Assembly: GCA_951406725.2 (NCBI GenBank)
Contig: OX597827.1
Location: 51,460,001-51,524,000 of the forward strand
DNA: 64,000 bases
Origin: Octopus vulgaris
Taxonomy: Eukaryota
Direction: 5' to 3'
In this document: piece by piece, positions 52,576 through 64,000 of the stretch
Position numbering within the stretch: position 1 is the stretch's first letter
Layout of the letters: every line of letters starts with the position of its first letter
Notes under the pieces: model-generated
Seen by the model: the letters and a program-made list of their open reading frames with translations, nothing else
Database searches by the model: none
Told to the model about the DNA's origin: nothing
Position numbers and translations under genes: made by a program

Positions 52576-55265
52576 TTTAACTTAGGTTCGTATATCTCAC
52601 AAACATTATTATATAATTTTATAAAATTTACTTTGTTATATTCATAAATATATTAGTTCATATTGCTATCATATATGGTCTTTCTGTATCCTGAAAAAAT
52701 CTGGAAAAAATTAGGATTTAGGACTGTGCTTTTTTTCAATAATATTTAAATGATTTTTTTTTAAGTGTCTATACTTCTCTTGATCTTGTACTTTTTTACA
52801 TAAAAACGTTCATGATTTAACAATTAATTATATAAAATGACTAAAAGTTTTTTTCTTTTTATATATTTTTACTTCTATGTGTAACGCAATTTCTTTCAGT
52901 ATGATCTCTATCCTTCTTATATTCCATAAAATAGTTTTGAGCTCTATTCCATGATTTAGTAATTCTTTCTAACACATCTCTGTTGTTGCCTCAGATTCCA
53001 AGATTGTTTTAAATTGAATACCCTGAAAATAAAAGTAGAAAAACATCTGAAGTAAAAACATCACACATAGCTGCTCATCAAAGTAGTATTATTCGTCTGT
53101 ATCTACAAGATAACATATTGCTTATAATAACTGTATAAACAGCTCTCTAATATTAGTAATAAAAGGTTTATAAAAAAAAAAGGTTAAGTAACTAAATTCC
53201 ATTACACTCTTGGAGTGGTTGGCATTAGGAAAGGCATCCAAATCAGACTGGTGTCTGGTGCAGCCTTCCAGCATGCCAGCCAAGTCAAACCATCCAACCA
53301 ATGCCAGCATGGACAATGGACATTAAATGATGATGATGATATATATACATGGCATTTTCAGTTTTCATCTGCAAAATCCACTCAAGGCTTTGGAAAGTCT
53401 GGGGACTTTAGGAGATACTTGCCCCAAAACGTTACACATTGGTACTGAACCCAAGATTATAGCTCATCTCCTCTATCTTTATCTCTCCACAGCTCCATTC
53501 TGCTTGCTCTCCCTCTCTTCTATAATGTGAGTGACCATTTAGTTCCTCGACAACAAGACACCTGTTTTGCTCTAGTCCCTTCCTTCATATTTTAACCCCT
53601 CATCTTCTAGTATAAAGTTACCTCTTTTAGGGTTTGTAGTCTTGGAAGCTGCATGGCAGCCACACTAGTGCTGGCAGCACAAAAAAGGCACCCAGTACAT
53701 GCTGTAAAGTGGTTGGTATTAGGAAAGGCATCCAGCTGTATGAATCATGCCAAAGCAAGCACTGGAGCATGGTGCAGTTCTTGCACCCATCATATCCTGT
53801 GAAACTGTCCAACCCATGCCAACATGGAACACTGATATATAAAATAGTAACAGAAGCGCTTATCTTAGCAAAACGATGCCCTGACATTAGAGCAGTGGCT
53901 GGCAGGATGATATTTATAACAATCCTGTGCCTATTATATCTTTTACTTGTTTCAGTCATTAGACTATAGCCATACTAGAGCACCACCTTGAAATTAGATG
54001 TCAACTACCAACATACCCACTTTGCACACTCTTTCCAGTACCCAGAGTCTTCTATTTGTCTTCTGTAATGTCTTGCATGGAATAATCTCACAGATTGTGG
54101 CTTGCCTGTGTGAATCAGTTATTACACTCACTGGCAATTAATGTTAGTGGCTACAGTTGCATGGTTTGTCTTCAATGCAGGTTTCCCCTTCTTCATCTGC
54201 ATGTGAACATTGCTCTTGTCAGTTATGTCATCTGGTTGTTGGATGGCCTGCACTACTCTTATATAAAAAAAATTCAATGATGACACATTGATTCTGCTTG
54301 GAACCCATTGTTTCCCTGCAATGAAGAAGACCAAGGAGGAGAGTTACTATAGAGGAATAGTGACTCAACCAACATATGCAATCTGAATGACTTATGCCAC
54401 TTAAAACATAAGTTAAGTCCACTTCTACACTTGTGTCAAGACAATCTGCTATATATCATCATCATCATCGTTTAACGTCCGTTTTCTGTGCTAGCATGGG
54501 TTGGACGGTTCGACTGGGGTCTGGGAAGCCAGGAGGCTGCACCAGGCTCCAGTCTGATCTGGCAGTGTTTCTACAGCTGGATGCCCTTCCAAACGCCAAC
54601 CATTCCGTGAGTGTAGTGGGTGCTTTTTATATATATGTATGTATCCAAATTGAGGGAATGGAATGTGTAAAATCCAGGCTACATGTTTCTCATCGAGCTG
54701 ATCCTCTGATGTAATGATTACTCAACAAGGGACACACAACTTACCTAATCATTTTGCCTATTCCACTCCCTCAATTTTGGGATTTTTATTCACATTCATA
54801 GCAAATCTAGTTGCTAACTATGAGCTGTACAGAAACTTTCAGCTTCTCAAATTTCCTCATAACTTTGATAGGGGGTGGGGTGTATAACCTTTGACACCAA
54901 TAAATTGTTCTTGTTCCTGACTGTACACTATCCACTTCCTACAATTGAATCTCTGGATCTTAAACCTTGTATATCAATATATATCACCATCACCATGACC
55001 GACCAGGCTATCAGATATTGCTGTACATCGCTGGTCACAATGCGCTTCACTGGCTAAACGAGCAGGCTAACAGAAGAAAGAGTGAGAGAAAGTTGTGGCT
55101 TAAGAGTACATCAGGGATCGCCACTACCCCACTGCTGGAGCATCGTGGAGCTTTAGGTGTTTTCGCTCAATAAACACTCACAACGCCTGGTCTGGGAATC
55201 GAAATCGGGATCCTACGACTGCAAGTCCTCTGCCCTAATCACTAGGCCATTGCGCTTCCACATAT

Positions 55266-55389
<124 letters not shown>

Positions 55390-57058
55390 ACATATATATA
55401 TGTATATATATATACACATATATATATGTATGTATGTGTGTGTGTGGCAGGATAATTCCTCTTTTTATCTACCAAAGCCATTCGCAAAAGTTTTGGTTAC
55501 CTTGTGGTTATGATAGGTAACACTTCCCCAGTTCACTAGGATTGAACCTGAAACTACATGGTTGGGAAGTAACTTTTTAACTACACAGCCATGCTTCCAC
55601 TTATCCAGCAGTCTGTCTCTAATTATCTATCTACATATCAGTGTGTGTGTGTGTGTGTATACACGTGCATAAAAACAGTCATTAAACGATTGCTTTTGGT
55701 TCAAGATATGTGAATTATTTTGATACATTTGTCTGAATGCGTGTGCATTTTTGTGTAAGTGTGTATATGTGTGGATGCTTTTGTGATGAATGTTAAAATT
55801 ATGAATTTCAGTAATTTGTTTTAAGAGGTAAAAATCTATAAAAAATGCAGGGGGGGGAGTGGTTTAATAATTAAGAGAAAAACTAGGAGAAAAATCCGAA
55901 ATTAAATCAAAATCACATTAATAGGCTTATTTATATATGTATGTATGTGTGTGTATATGTACATATACATATACAAGTGTTTATGTCTGTATATATATAT
56001 ATCTATATATAATTTTAAATATTTGTATCTATGAGTATATATTATTCTGTGTATTATCATGTGGGAAAAAAAGGCCTTTTATTATCACAATGAAGTATAC
56101 ACTCTACATAACTGAGCCTATATTTGAACTGCGTTCGTGCCAAACGTATACTTTTATACACACACACATACACACACAAATAGTCCCTACACCTTCAGAA
56201 GGAGTAATAGGTGTGTCTGTTATAATCTAAATGCTTTGCTTTGCCTTAATCTATCTACTGAAATGCGTGCTCGTATGTATGTATGTATGTATGCTTGCGT
56301 TGTGAAATTGTAATTATGTAACCTGAATGGCACGATCTCGATATTTAATTCTGTTTTCTCTAGACTACCTTGATTACGGGCTTTCCGTACTGTTATATAC
56401 AGATGGAAAATGTTTGCTATCAAGTTTCAATTTCTGTTTCCAACAGAGCAGCATCTTGAAATAACCACCCATGCCAATAATTTCTCACAGACTCTGTGTG
56501 TGTGAGAGAGAGAGAGTGTGTGTGTGTTTTCCCGCACGCGTTTCTGTTGTAAAACATAGGAAGGTTACGTACTTAATGCATAGGAAATAAAAAGATAGCT
56601 GTATGTGCTTCTTTTGTAATACATGAAATATGTGTGTTACTGTGTTGTCATAGGTGAGTGTAAACAAAATTGTGTTTGCGTAAACAGGAAAAAAATACTG
56701 TGTGGTTTGGTTATTGGGGGTCGGAGTAGGATGACAAGTGAGCCTGGGTGTTTTTTCTTATTGTCTGTGGTGACACTTACTTTTTAGGTGGAGCTGTCGG
56801 TTTCAGCAGAAAACATCGGGAAAACATAGGACAGTAGAAACTGTTGGTGGATTATGTCGATAGTTGGCAATACAGTTCCAGCTTCTATCTACTCCACACT
56901 GCAGCCTACTTTCTAACACAAATGCACGCACACGCATGTACACACACATACACACACGCGCGCACGCACACACGCACATAGAGTTTATTATTGATTGGAT
57001 TTTGATTATTATACTGCTGTTTTTTAAAATCTTTTTTATCCTTCGTTCCTTCTACATT

Positions 57059-57088
57059 TGTTGAAGGTAAATTACCTTCAACATGGCG
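57059..57088. promoter_or_regulatory. Perfect 12-bp inverted repeat overlapping a YY1-like AACATGGCG, in the probable divergent promoter region of ZNF-C and DCP1
   Basis: tgttgaaggtaa a ttaccttcaaca tggcg; repeat-poor, CpG-richer segment between divergent genes. Confidence 0.35.
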
Positions 57089-59671
57089 ATAGTACACGAA
57101 ATCGTAGTTATTTTCACAGTTCTAGAATCTTTTGATAGATATTTGTGACCTTTCTCTAATACTACAGGGGAAAAAAAACAGATCCATAAAGTTAAGTGAA
57201 AAGGAAATATTTAGATAATTGACATCAATATGTACTTCATTTCAGATTACATTTATAAAGAAGTTAGTATAAAAATATGTTCTAAAAATCTCAAAGTGAC
57301 TCATTTACTTTAGGAATTCTGTCTTCCCGATAGAGTATCCAATTTTTTTTTAATGTTTAATTTTGATAACACTAACATCAAAATTATACTACTACTGCAT
57401 ATTGGTCATTAAAAGCCGTTACTTCTTTACGTGTTACTCGAATAACTATACTCTGATGCATTTTTTAACGATTGCTTTGCTTTTAAATAGAACGAATTCT
57501 ATGGAAATATTTATTCTCGTAAAATATTTCCTCTATTATCGAAACCATAGTAATATGCAGAAGCAGGGGGAATAGTTTTAACAAAAGAGAATGTGTCCAC
57601 CATTTTATTTTGCTCACTCGTTATGTCCGGTCTAATGAGAAACGATTGGCTCCAGGTATTCTAGTCACCCGAGTTATACATTTTTTTCTTTATAGGGAAA
57701 CCTGAGTGCAATTTACTCTACATATTAGAAATAGCGGTCTAATTACTCTCAAATCATGCCCTACTGTCTTGAAAAGGAAGGGCAAACTGGACAACGAAGT
57801 TACATATATACAAAATAATTGGATGGTCACAATTGGAACGTTTGTTCATATGTCCACTCGATCGGGGCTGTCTATCATTTGTTTTGGCTTAGCATAATTA
57901 CTATAAAATTACACCCTAGCACCCGAGTGGGCTAGAAAAATGTTGGGACTGTGATATGGCCAAACAGCTGTTTTTACGTTTGCATTTCACTAGCTAAATG
58001 TCTTTTATGATTTTTGGTGCAAACCACGAATTATAAATTTACCTTTGTTTTGGTAAACATCGAATGTATGTATTATATATGTCTTTAGTTTGTAAGATTC
58101 TTAAACGGTGTACTCCGGTTGGGTCATTTTATCAATAGAAACGATTTTTGATTTCTCTCATTTTATTTGTCGTTAATTAACTGATCGTTCGATCGTTTGT
58201 TTAATTAGTCAAGTTGGATCGTCACAGTCCTTTCGTCGCAGTTGTAACTTCACAGACGGCGTGTCCTCATCTGTTCTATCACTAAAGTTTGTAGTGGGTT
58301 CTCATCTACTCCACTTCTGTCACAGAAGCTGAGGACACGCTCTGACGAACTACTTGATAGATCCGACAGTTGATTAGTTAATTGACTGATACAAATAAAA
58401 AGAAATGAAATGCATTTAGTGTGTGTGTTCTTGTTGGCAAAATGACCCTTCCAAAGTATATTGTGTATGTGTGTGTGAAGTCTTGTCATAAATCATTTAA
58501 ATAACTCTCATGTATTAAGGGTAATATTTCATACAGGTAACGAAATGATAGTTTTGATTTAGAAATCAATAAATTACGATTCGTAGTTCTAGTGATTTTT
58601 AAAGATAGATAAGTAAATGAAATTTTAAAATCTACAGCTTCAAAAGAATAAAAGGAGAGTATATTCTTCCAGTTTAATATCACTATCTGGTCCTTTGGTG
58701 CCATTAACAGAATCCACTTTGTTACAATCATTATGACCGGGTCCCCTGTCTAAGGACAGATTCCTTTCACTAGTTCTGGTGGCTCTGAGAAAGATCATAG
58801 GTGCTACTTTTGCCCTCTCACTAAGCAATAATTTCTTTTCTCAATATTAGTACTACAACTGCTCTGATTTCTTACACCTGTTTGTTTGATCAGAACATGA
58901 AAACTAATTTTGTAAGGCTTTCCAACAAATTTACCTTTTTTAATGTATCATCAATTGACAGCTAGTAATTGTTCACAAACACACACACACACATTTCATT
59001 ACTTAAGAAATGTTTATTTTATTTCAATATTATTTTACTGGTTCCAACCAGTAGACTATAACCATTGATAAATTTATATTGGTTAAATATAAATTGATAA
59101 ATTTACACATTGCTAACTACTCTAGTGCTTTCTCTCTGGCTACCCACTGTTACCTTATTTTTTATCAAACTAATTCAGTAACCATATTTATTTCTCGGTG
59201 TCTACTTTTATCCATTTTCCCTTAACTTTAAGTGGGTGTTTTCCTCTTTTATCTAATATCATTTTGTTGATACCTCTGGAACTAGCTTTATTTAATCGCC
59301 TCCCCCTCCCAACTGCTTTACAACACTTTTCAATTGGTTTTGTTTATTATAATCAACCCTTAACTCCCTACAACTGTAGGATGATCAAGTAATAATGTCT
59401 TACTTTGCACCAAACTAAAATAGATTCTTGTACTGAAATATGTATGCAAAGGTCTTTATTCATTTAACATGAAAAATGTATAAAATCATTTAAAAATCTA
59501 TTCTATAAATATTGGTTTTTGTTTTGTTTTTGTATGCATTTTTAACTAAATTTAATTTTGTTTTTCTCTTTCATTTTTCAGAACTGGTCATCTTGATGAA
59601 ATGTCTCTCTATAACCATATTTGTCTATAGTCTTGTTATTTCAATACAAACATCCTTATAAAAGTGATTCA

Positions 59672-61492
59672 ATGTCTAATCCAGCTCTGGGGAATACAAC
59701 TAATGGTGCTTCAGCTAGTGGAAGCGGTGCTGCATCTTTAACCAATCCTTTGGCATTTCTCCCTGTGGCTGCTGAAGGGCGCATGAATCTTGCTGCTCTT
59801 CAACAGAAAGATCCTTACATCACTGCCATAGTTGATACAGCAAAGCAAGTAGCACTATATTTATTTAGTGCAAAGGAAAACGAATGGGAAAGAACTGCTA
59901 TAGAAGGAACTTTATTTGTTTACAGACGATCTGCCTCTCCTGATAATGGATTTATGATCTTAAATCGACTTGGCCCCAATAATCTAATTGAACCGATAAC
60001 AAAAGACTTAGAATTTCAACTTCATGATCCATTTTTGCTTTATCGAACTGCAAAAGCTATCTGTGGAATTTGGTTCTATGATAAAGATGAATGTGCTCGT
60101 GTGGGTCAGCTTATGAATAGTCTTGTCCAATTAGCCATTACAAACCATCATGCTAAAACCCAGAACTGTACTAGACAAAGGCGTGCCTCAGAAAGTGATT
60201 CCTTAGACGATCGTTCGTCTGATGTAAAGAAGGAGCCAACAATTGCTGTGCCTATTGTGACAACTGCTACTCCACAAATCGTGACTACTTCTGCTGCATC
60301 AATGCCTGCCAATAGACCTGTTGGTATTTTACAGTTGCTTACTAAAGCTCAGCATGAATATGATAAATCTAAAGATGTAAAGAAAAGACCTGAGCCAGTA
60401 ACTCTAACTGATAACCCTGGCAAAGCAGCTGCAAGCTCCACTTCGTTGATTCGACCCACTCCTTTGTGTATCGGCAACTCGTCTCAAAATTCCAACAATG
60501 AAATTGATGCTTACAGTAGTGTGACTCTGCCTGGAAGAGAAATTTCCTCTCAAATTTGCCTTGAAAAACTCTTTTCCAGTAACGATGTTGGGAAAAATAC
60601 TTCCAAAGTAGCTAACCAAAGTCCATTGTCAAATATTTCTAACAGGGATAATGAAATCCCTTCTAACCAAATGCCTTCTATAATGAAGCAACTGGGGTCC
60701 ACTGTTTCTCTGGTAGAAGACATTGAACGTCAACAACGAGGTGAAGCTGTACCATCAAGGACTCATGCTTTGTCGTCTCCAACGGCTGCTCAAGATGTAA
60801 TAAGTGGTGTTGACATGCTGAGAAATATCTACCAAAACAGTTCCAATCTTACAACATCTACAATTTTGAACCAGAATACAAGCTTCCAGCAATTACAATC
60901 TGCTGTTACTTCTTCAGCTCTTACTAACTCACATTCATCAGATCAAGGATTTGCCTTGTCTCAATCTCCAAAAGAAGCTATTTCAAACTTTGGCCACATG
61001 AATGCAAATAACCCACAACAGATGCCTCTTCCGGAGGCTACACACGCACTTTTGTCTCCCATTGGGAAAAATGCACCAGGCAATACTGCACTCAATGACT
61101 CAATGGCCAACTTGCTTGTAGCTAGGTTAGATCACTCAGCTAACTCAGGATTGATCCCTAACCCTTCCTCTGCTGCAACTAAAACTGGATCACAGAGTCT
61201 TTTGACTCCTGCTGATCTTGAAACTATTCCATCAGGAACTGGTCCAACTAACCTGGATATTTTATTGTCACCTATGGCATTTGTTTCACCCCAAGCAAAA
61301 TCAGCAACAACACTGACAAATTCATATAATTCTGGTGATGTGGCTGATGCTTCACATACTTCACTTGTACCTTTGACCAAAGAGCAATTACAACAAGCTT
61401 TATTATATCTTTTAAAAAATGATGCAAATTTCCTGGCTAAGATCCATGAAGCTTACCTCTCAACTTTGAACAATGAGGCTTCTAACCTTTGA
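59672..61492 (+). CDS. DCP1: mRNA-decapping enzyme subunit/cofactor DCP1, 606 aa, single coding exon
   Basis: EVH1 domain (MNLAALQQKDPYI...EWERTAIEGTLFVY...FMILNRL...GIWFYDKDEC), motif-I-like ILQLLTKAQHEYDK, HLM-like LEKLF, C-terminal trimerisation domain LTKEQLQQALLYLLKNDANFLAKIHEAYL; strong acceptor ending 59581; first in-frame ATG 59672. Confidence 0.95.
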   Translation: MSNPALGNTTNGASASGSGAASLTNPLAFLPVAAEGRMNLAALQQKDPYITAIVDTAKQVALYLFSAKENEWERTAIEGTLFVYRRSASPDNGFMILNRLGPNNLIEPITKDLEFQLHDPFLLYRTAKAICGIWFYDKDECARVGQLMNSLVQLAITNHHAKTQNCTRQRRASESDSLDDRSSDVKKEPTIAVPIVTTATPQIVTTSAASMPANRPVGILQLLTKAQHEYDKSKDVKKRPEPVTLTDNPGKAAASSTSLIRPTPLCIGNSSQNSNNEIDAYSSVTLPGREISSQICLEKLFSSNDVGKNTSKVANQSPLSNISNRDNEIPSNQMPSIMKQLGSTVSLVEDIERQQRGEAVPSRTHALSSPTAAQDVISGVDMLRNIYQNSSNLTTSTILNQNTSFQQLQSAVTSSALTNSHSSDQGFALSQSPKEAISNFGHMNANNPQQMPLPEATHALLSPIGKNAPGNTALNDSMANLLVARLDHSANSGLIPNPSSAATKTGSQSLLTPADLETIPSGTGPTNLDILLSPMAFVSPQAKSATTLTNSYNSGDVADASHTSLVPLTKEQLQQALLYLLKNDANFLAKIHEAYLSTLNNEASNL

Positions 61493-62828
61493 AAATATTT
61501 CTGTGATAGCTTCTTTTCCAATGATCTATTGTGTCTTTCACAAGCATATCACATCAGCTTGGCTCCTCTTTATTATTTTTTTAATAGAAAAACACTTACA
61601 CTTCTTGGATTCTATTTTATTTCCATCCTTTGGCTTTTTTCAGAGTTTCAAATTTCTCTTTATATGCATAGATGTTTGTGAGTGTCTTTGTTAAATATTA
61701 ACAGGACAGTTGTAATTACAATGAAAATTATGAACTTCTTTTGATGTAAAAAAAAATAGCATGAAAATGATAATTTTTGGAAAGAGTACATTTAATTGGT
61801 GCTCTTACAATTATGAAACCCACTTGTGAACTGATAATGATTATCTTACATGTTTGTTTATTGTCTCCACAAAGAATTGTTGATAGCCTGTGTAATCTGC
61901 AATTACGATGATATATATATATTTGTTGGAATTGTACTTGCTTGGCAAGTAAATTGATATGAGATAAGGTGATGAAGTTGAAGCAGTTATATTATGGAGG
62001 GGTTGTGTTAACCATTTACAAACACAAAAACTATTTTCACATATTCACTTTCATTAATCCTTTATTTCTTAATTATCTCATGTAATTTTTTTTTTGACCC
62101 TTTATTGTATATAGAACTATTAAGAAATAGGCAAATATGAATGTAATAGTTTTTGTGGGTTTTTTTTTAAATGGTTAACATAACTTGAAGATGTGTATGT
62201 GTGTCTGAGCATGTGTGTGTCTGAGTGGCTATGGGTCAGGGAATAATAAAATAACTAAAAAACGGGTTGTTTCTACCATATTTTTAAACCATGAAATATT
62301 AGAATAGTGACTGAATATACTATTGATGTTACCTGAACGTATGCCATATTTAGCCCCAAATCTGGTGTTCGAATTAAACATGGTTTCTATTTGGTGCCTA
62401 ATGATGTCTTTATTCTTGCATTGTTTTGTAAACTTACTCTCAAATTATCATTTAACATGCAAATGTCAAATATAATTACATGAATAATTACTTTTCCTTA
62501 TGAAACACTATAGTAATGTGTAAGCAATACTACCATTAAAAATAAACATTCTGAATGACAGCACTATACAAGACATGGCTGTGTAGTAAGAAGCTTGCTT
62601 CCCAACCAGGTTCAGTCCCACTGTGTGGCACCTTGGGCAGGTGTTTTCTACTATAACCTCAGGCTGACCAAAGCCTTGTGAGTGGATCTGGTGGACAGAA
62701 ATTGAAAAAAGCCTTTGGTGTGTGAGTATAGTTAATCCAAACATGAACAAAGAGAAAACACAACAATGCGAGGACGTGGAACAAGTATAGTGTTATCGGA
62801 CACTCAGGAAAGGAAAGACTGAAGGAGG

Positions 62829-62863
62829 ATTTAACATTTCGAGCGGAACTCTTCATCAGAAAT
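62829..62863 (-). ncRNA. Minimal type-I hammerhead motif in a Penelope-like fragment (~62730-62925)
   Basis: - strand: AUUU CUGAUGA a GAG-uuccg-CUC GAA AUGU U AAAU. Confidence 0.65.
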
Positions 62864-64000
62864 ATAGATAAAGGAAAGGAAGACAGAGAAAGAAAATCAC
62901 CAATGATACACACGCAGTCACACACACACACACAAATATACTGTATATATATATAGGTGCAAGCATAGCTTTGTTATAAGAAGCTTGGTTCTCAGTCACA
63001 TGGTTCAGTCCTACTGTGTGGAATCTTGGGCAAGTGTTTTCTACTACACCCAAAAGCCAACCAAAGCCTTGTGTGCAGATTTGGGAGACAAAATCTAAAT
63101 AAAAAACCTTCATATAAATATCTATATGTGTGTCTGTGTTTGCTCCCTCACCACCACCTAACAACCAGTGTTGGTTGGTTTACATCCCTGTTACTTAGCA
63201 GTTCATCAAAAGTGAATGATAGAATAGGTACCAGGCTTTAAAAAAAAGTACTGGGGTCGATTTGTTTGACTAAAATTTCTTCAAGGTGGTACCCCACCAG
63301 GGTCACAGTCTAATGACTGAAACAGATAAAAGATAAGAGATGAACATAGCATTTACATTATGAAGGTTATTTCTTAGAGTTGAATAGATTTCATGAATAG
63401 GTTCAGTGGTTGAAGTGTATATCTTGATTAGTACATTGGGGTAGTTTTGGTAAAAAATGGAAATCCTAAAATTTGTAAGTTTGCAACACTAATATTCATA
63501 TAATAATATTGAGATGTCACTGTCATTTTAAGTTAATTCAGGGCTGGGGGTTCGTTGAGCATGTATCAAGACATTTCATTGTTTGTTACAGCCTGTATCA
63601 ACTAGCACATACATGACAACAAAGAACATTAATGAGAAATTTCCAACTTTTGTCTGTTCATTTGAAGCAATCATCATCATCATTTAACATCTGACTATGG
63701 TTTCTACAGCTGGATGCCCCCCCCAACAGCTATAATAAAACCACTGTCATAAAGGATATTAGAATAGGTGATAATATGAAGGCTTTCAGACATTGGATAT
63801 ATGGAGCTTTTCTTCAGTTTAAGCTTTGATGTAGTTAGGGTATTTGGCTCACAGTTGTAAGGTCATGAGTTCAATTCCCAGTGGTGCATTGTATCCTTGA
63901 GCAAAACACTTTATTTCACATTGCTCCAATTCTCTCAGCTGGCATTCAAAGGATCACCCACGTCACATTGTCATGCTGAATCTCCCTGAGAACTATGTTA

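Noticed and set aside
59621-59671. ORF-track N-terminal extension of DCP1 from a TTG
   Set aside because: Non-ATG start; the first in-frame ATG is 59672

Overview
Eukaryotic, AT-rich, repeat-dense genomic DNA. The SINE/LINE families and the ZNF cluster point to an octopus (coleoid cephalopod), which is an inference. Four intact genes, each with a single coding exon: three paralogous C2H2 zinc-finger genes (17806-19275 -, 36086-37333 +, 51550-52575 -) and the mRNA-decapping cofactor DCP1 (59672-61492 +). The rest is mostly TE debris: four Tc1/mariner elements with TIRs, a Tigger/pogo relic, hAT and piggyBac-like MITEs, an RTE LINE with many (TGA)n-tailed 3' fragments, and several tRNA-derived SINE families. 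Main observations: (1) at least seven type-I hammerhead-ribozyme motifs in short Penelope-like foldback elements, mostly beside (TA)n tracts, including non-canonical cores (G3:C8 swap, U4C); (2) the ZNF paralogs share an atypical first finger and a C-terminal W-x-x-G-F motif, and ZNF-A has a monotonous recognition code that could read the (TGA)n tails of the surrounding retroelements; (3) a 12x9-aa Cys/His repeat tail in ZNF-A; (4) a three-level TE nest with a ~117-bp flanking duplication; (5) an Hsmar1-like mariner carrying the same substitutions I recall in primate SETMAR. Most short ORFs in the track are repeat or microsatellite artefacts. All structures were read by eye; no searches or folding programs were run.
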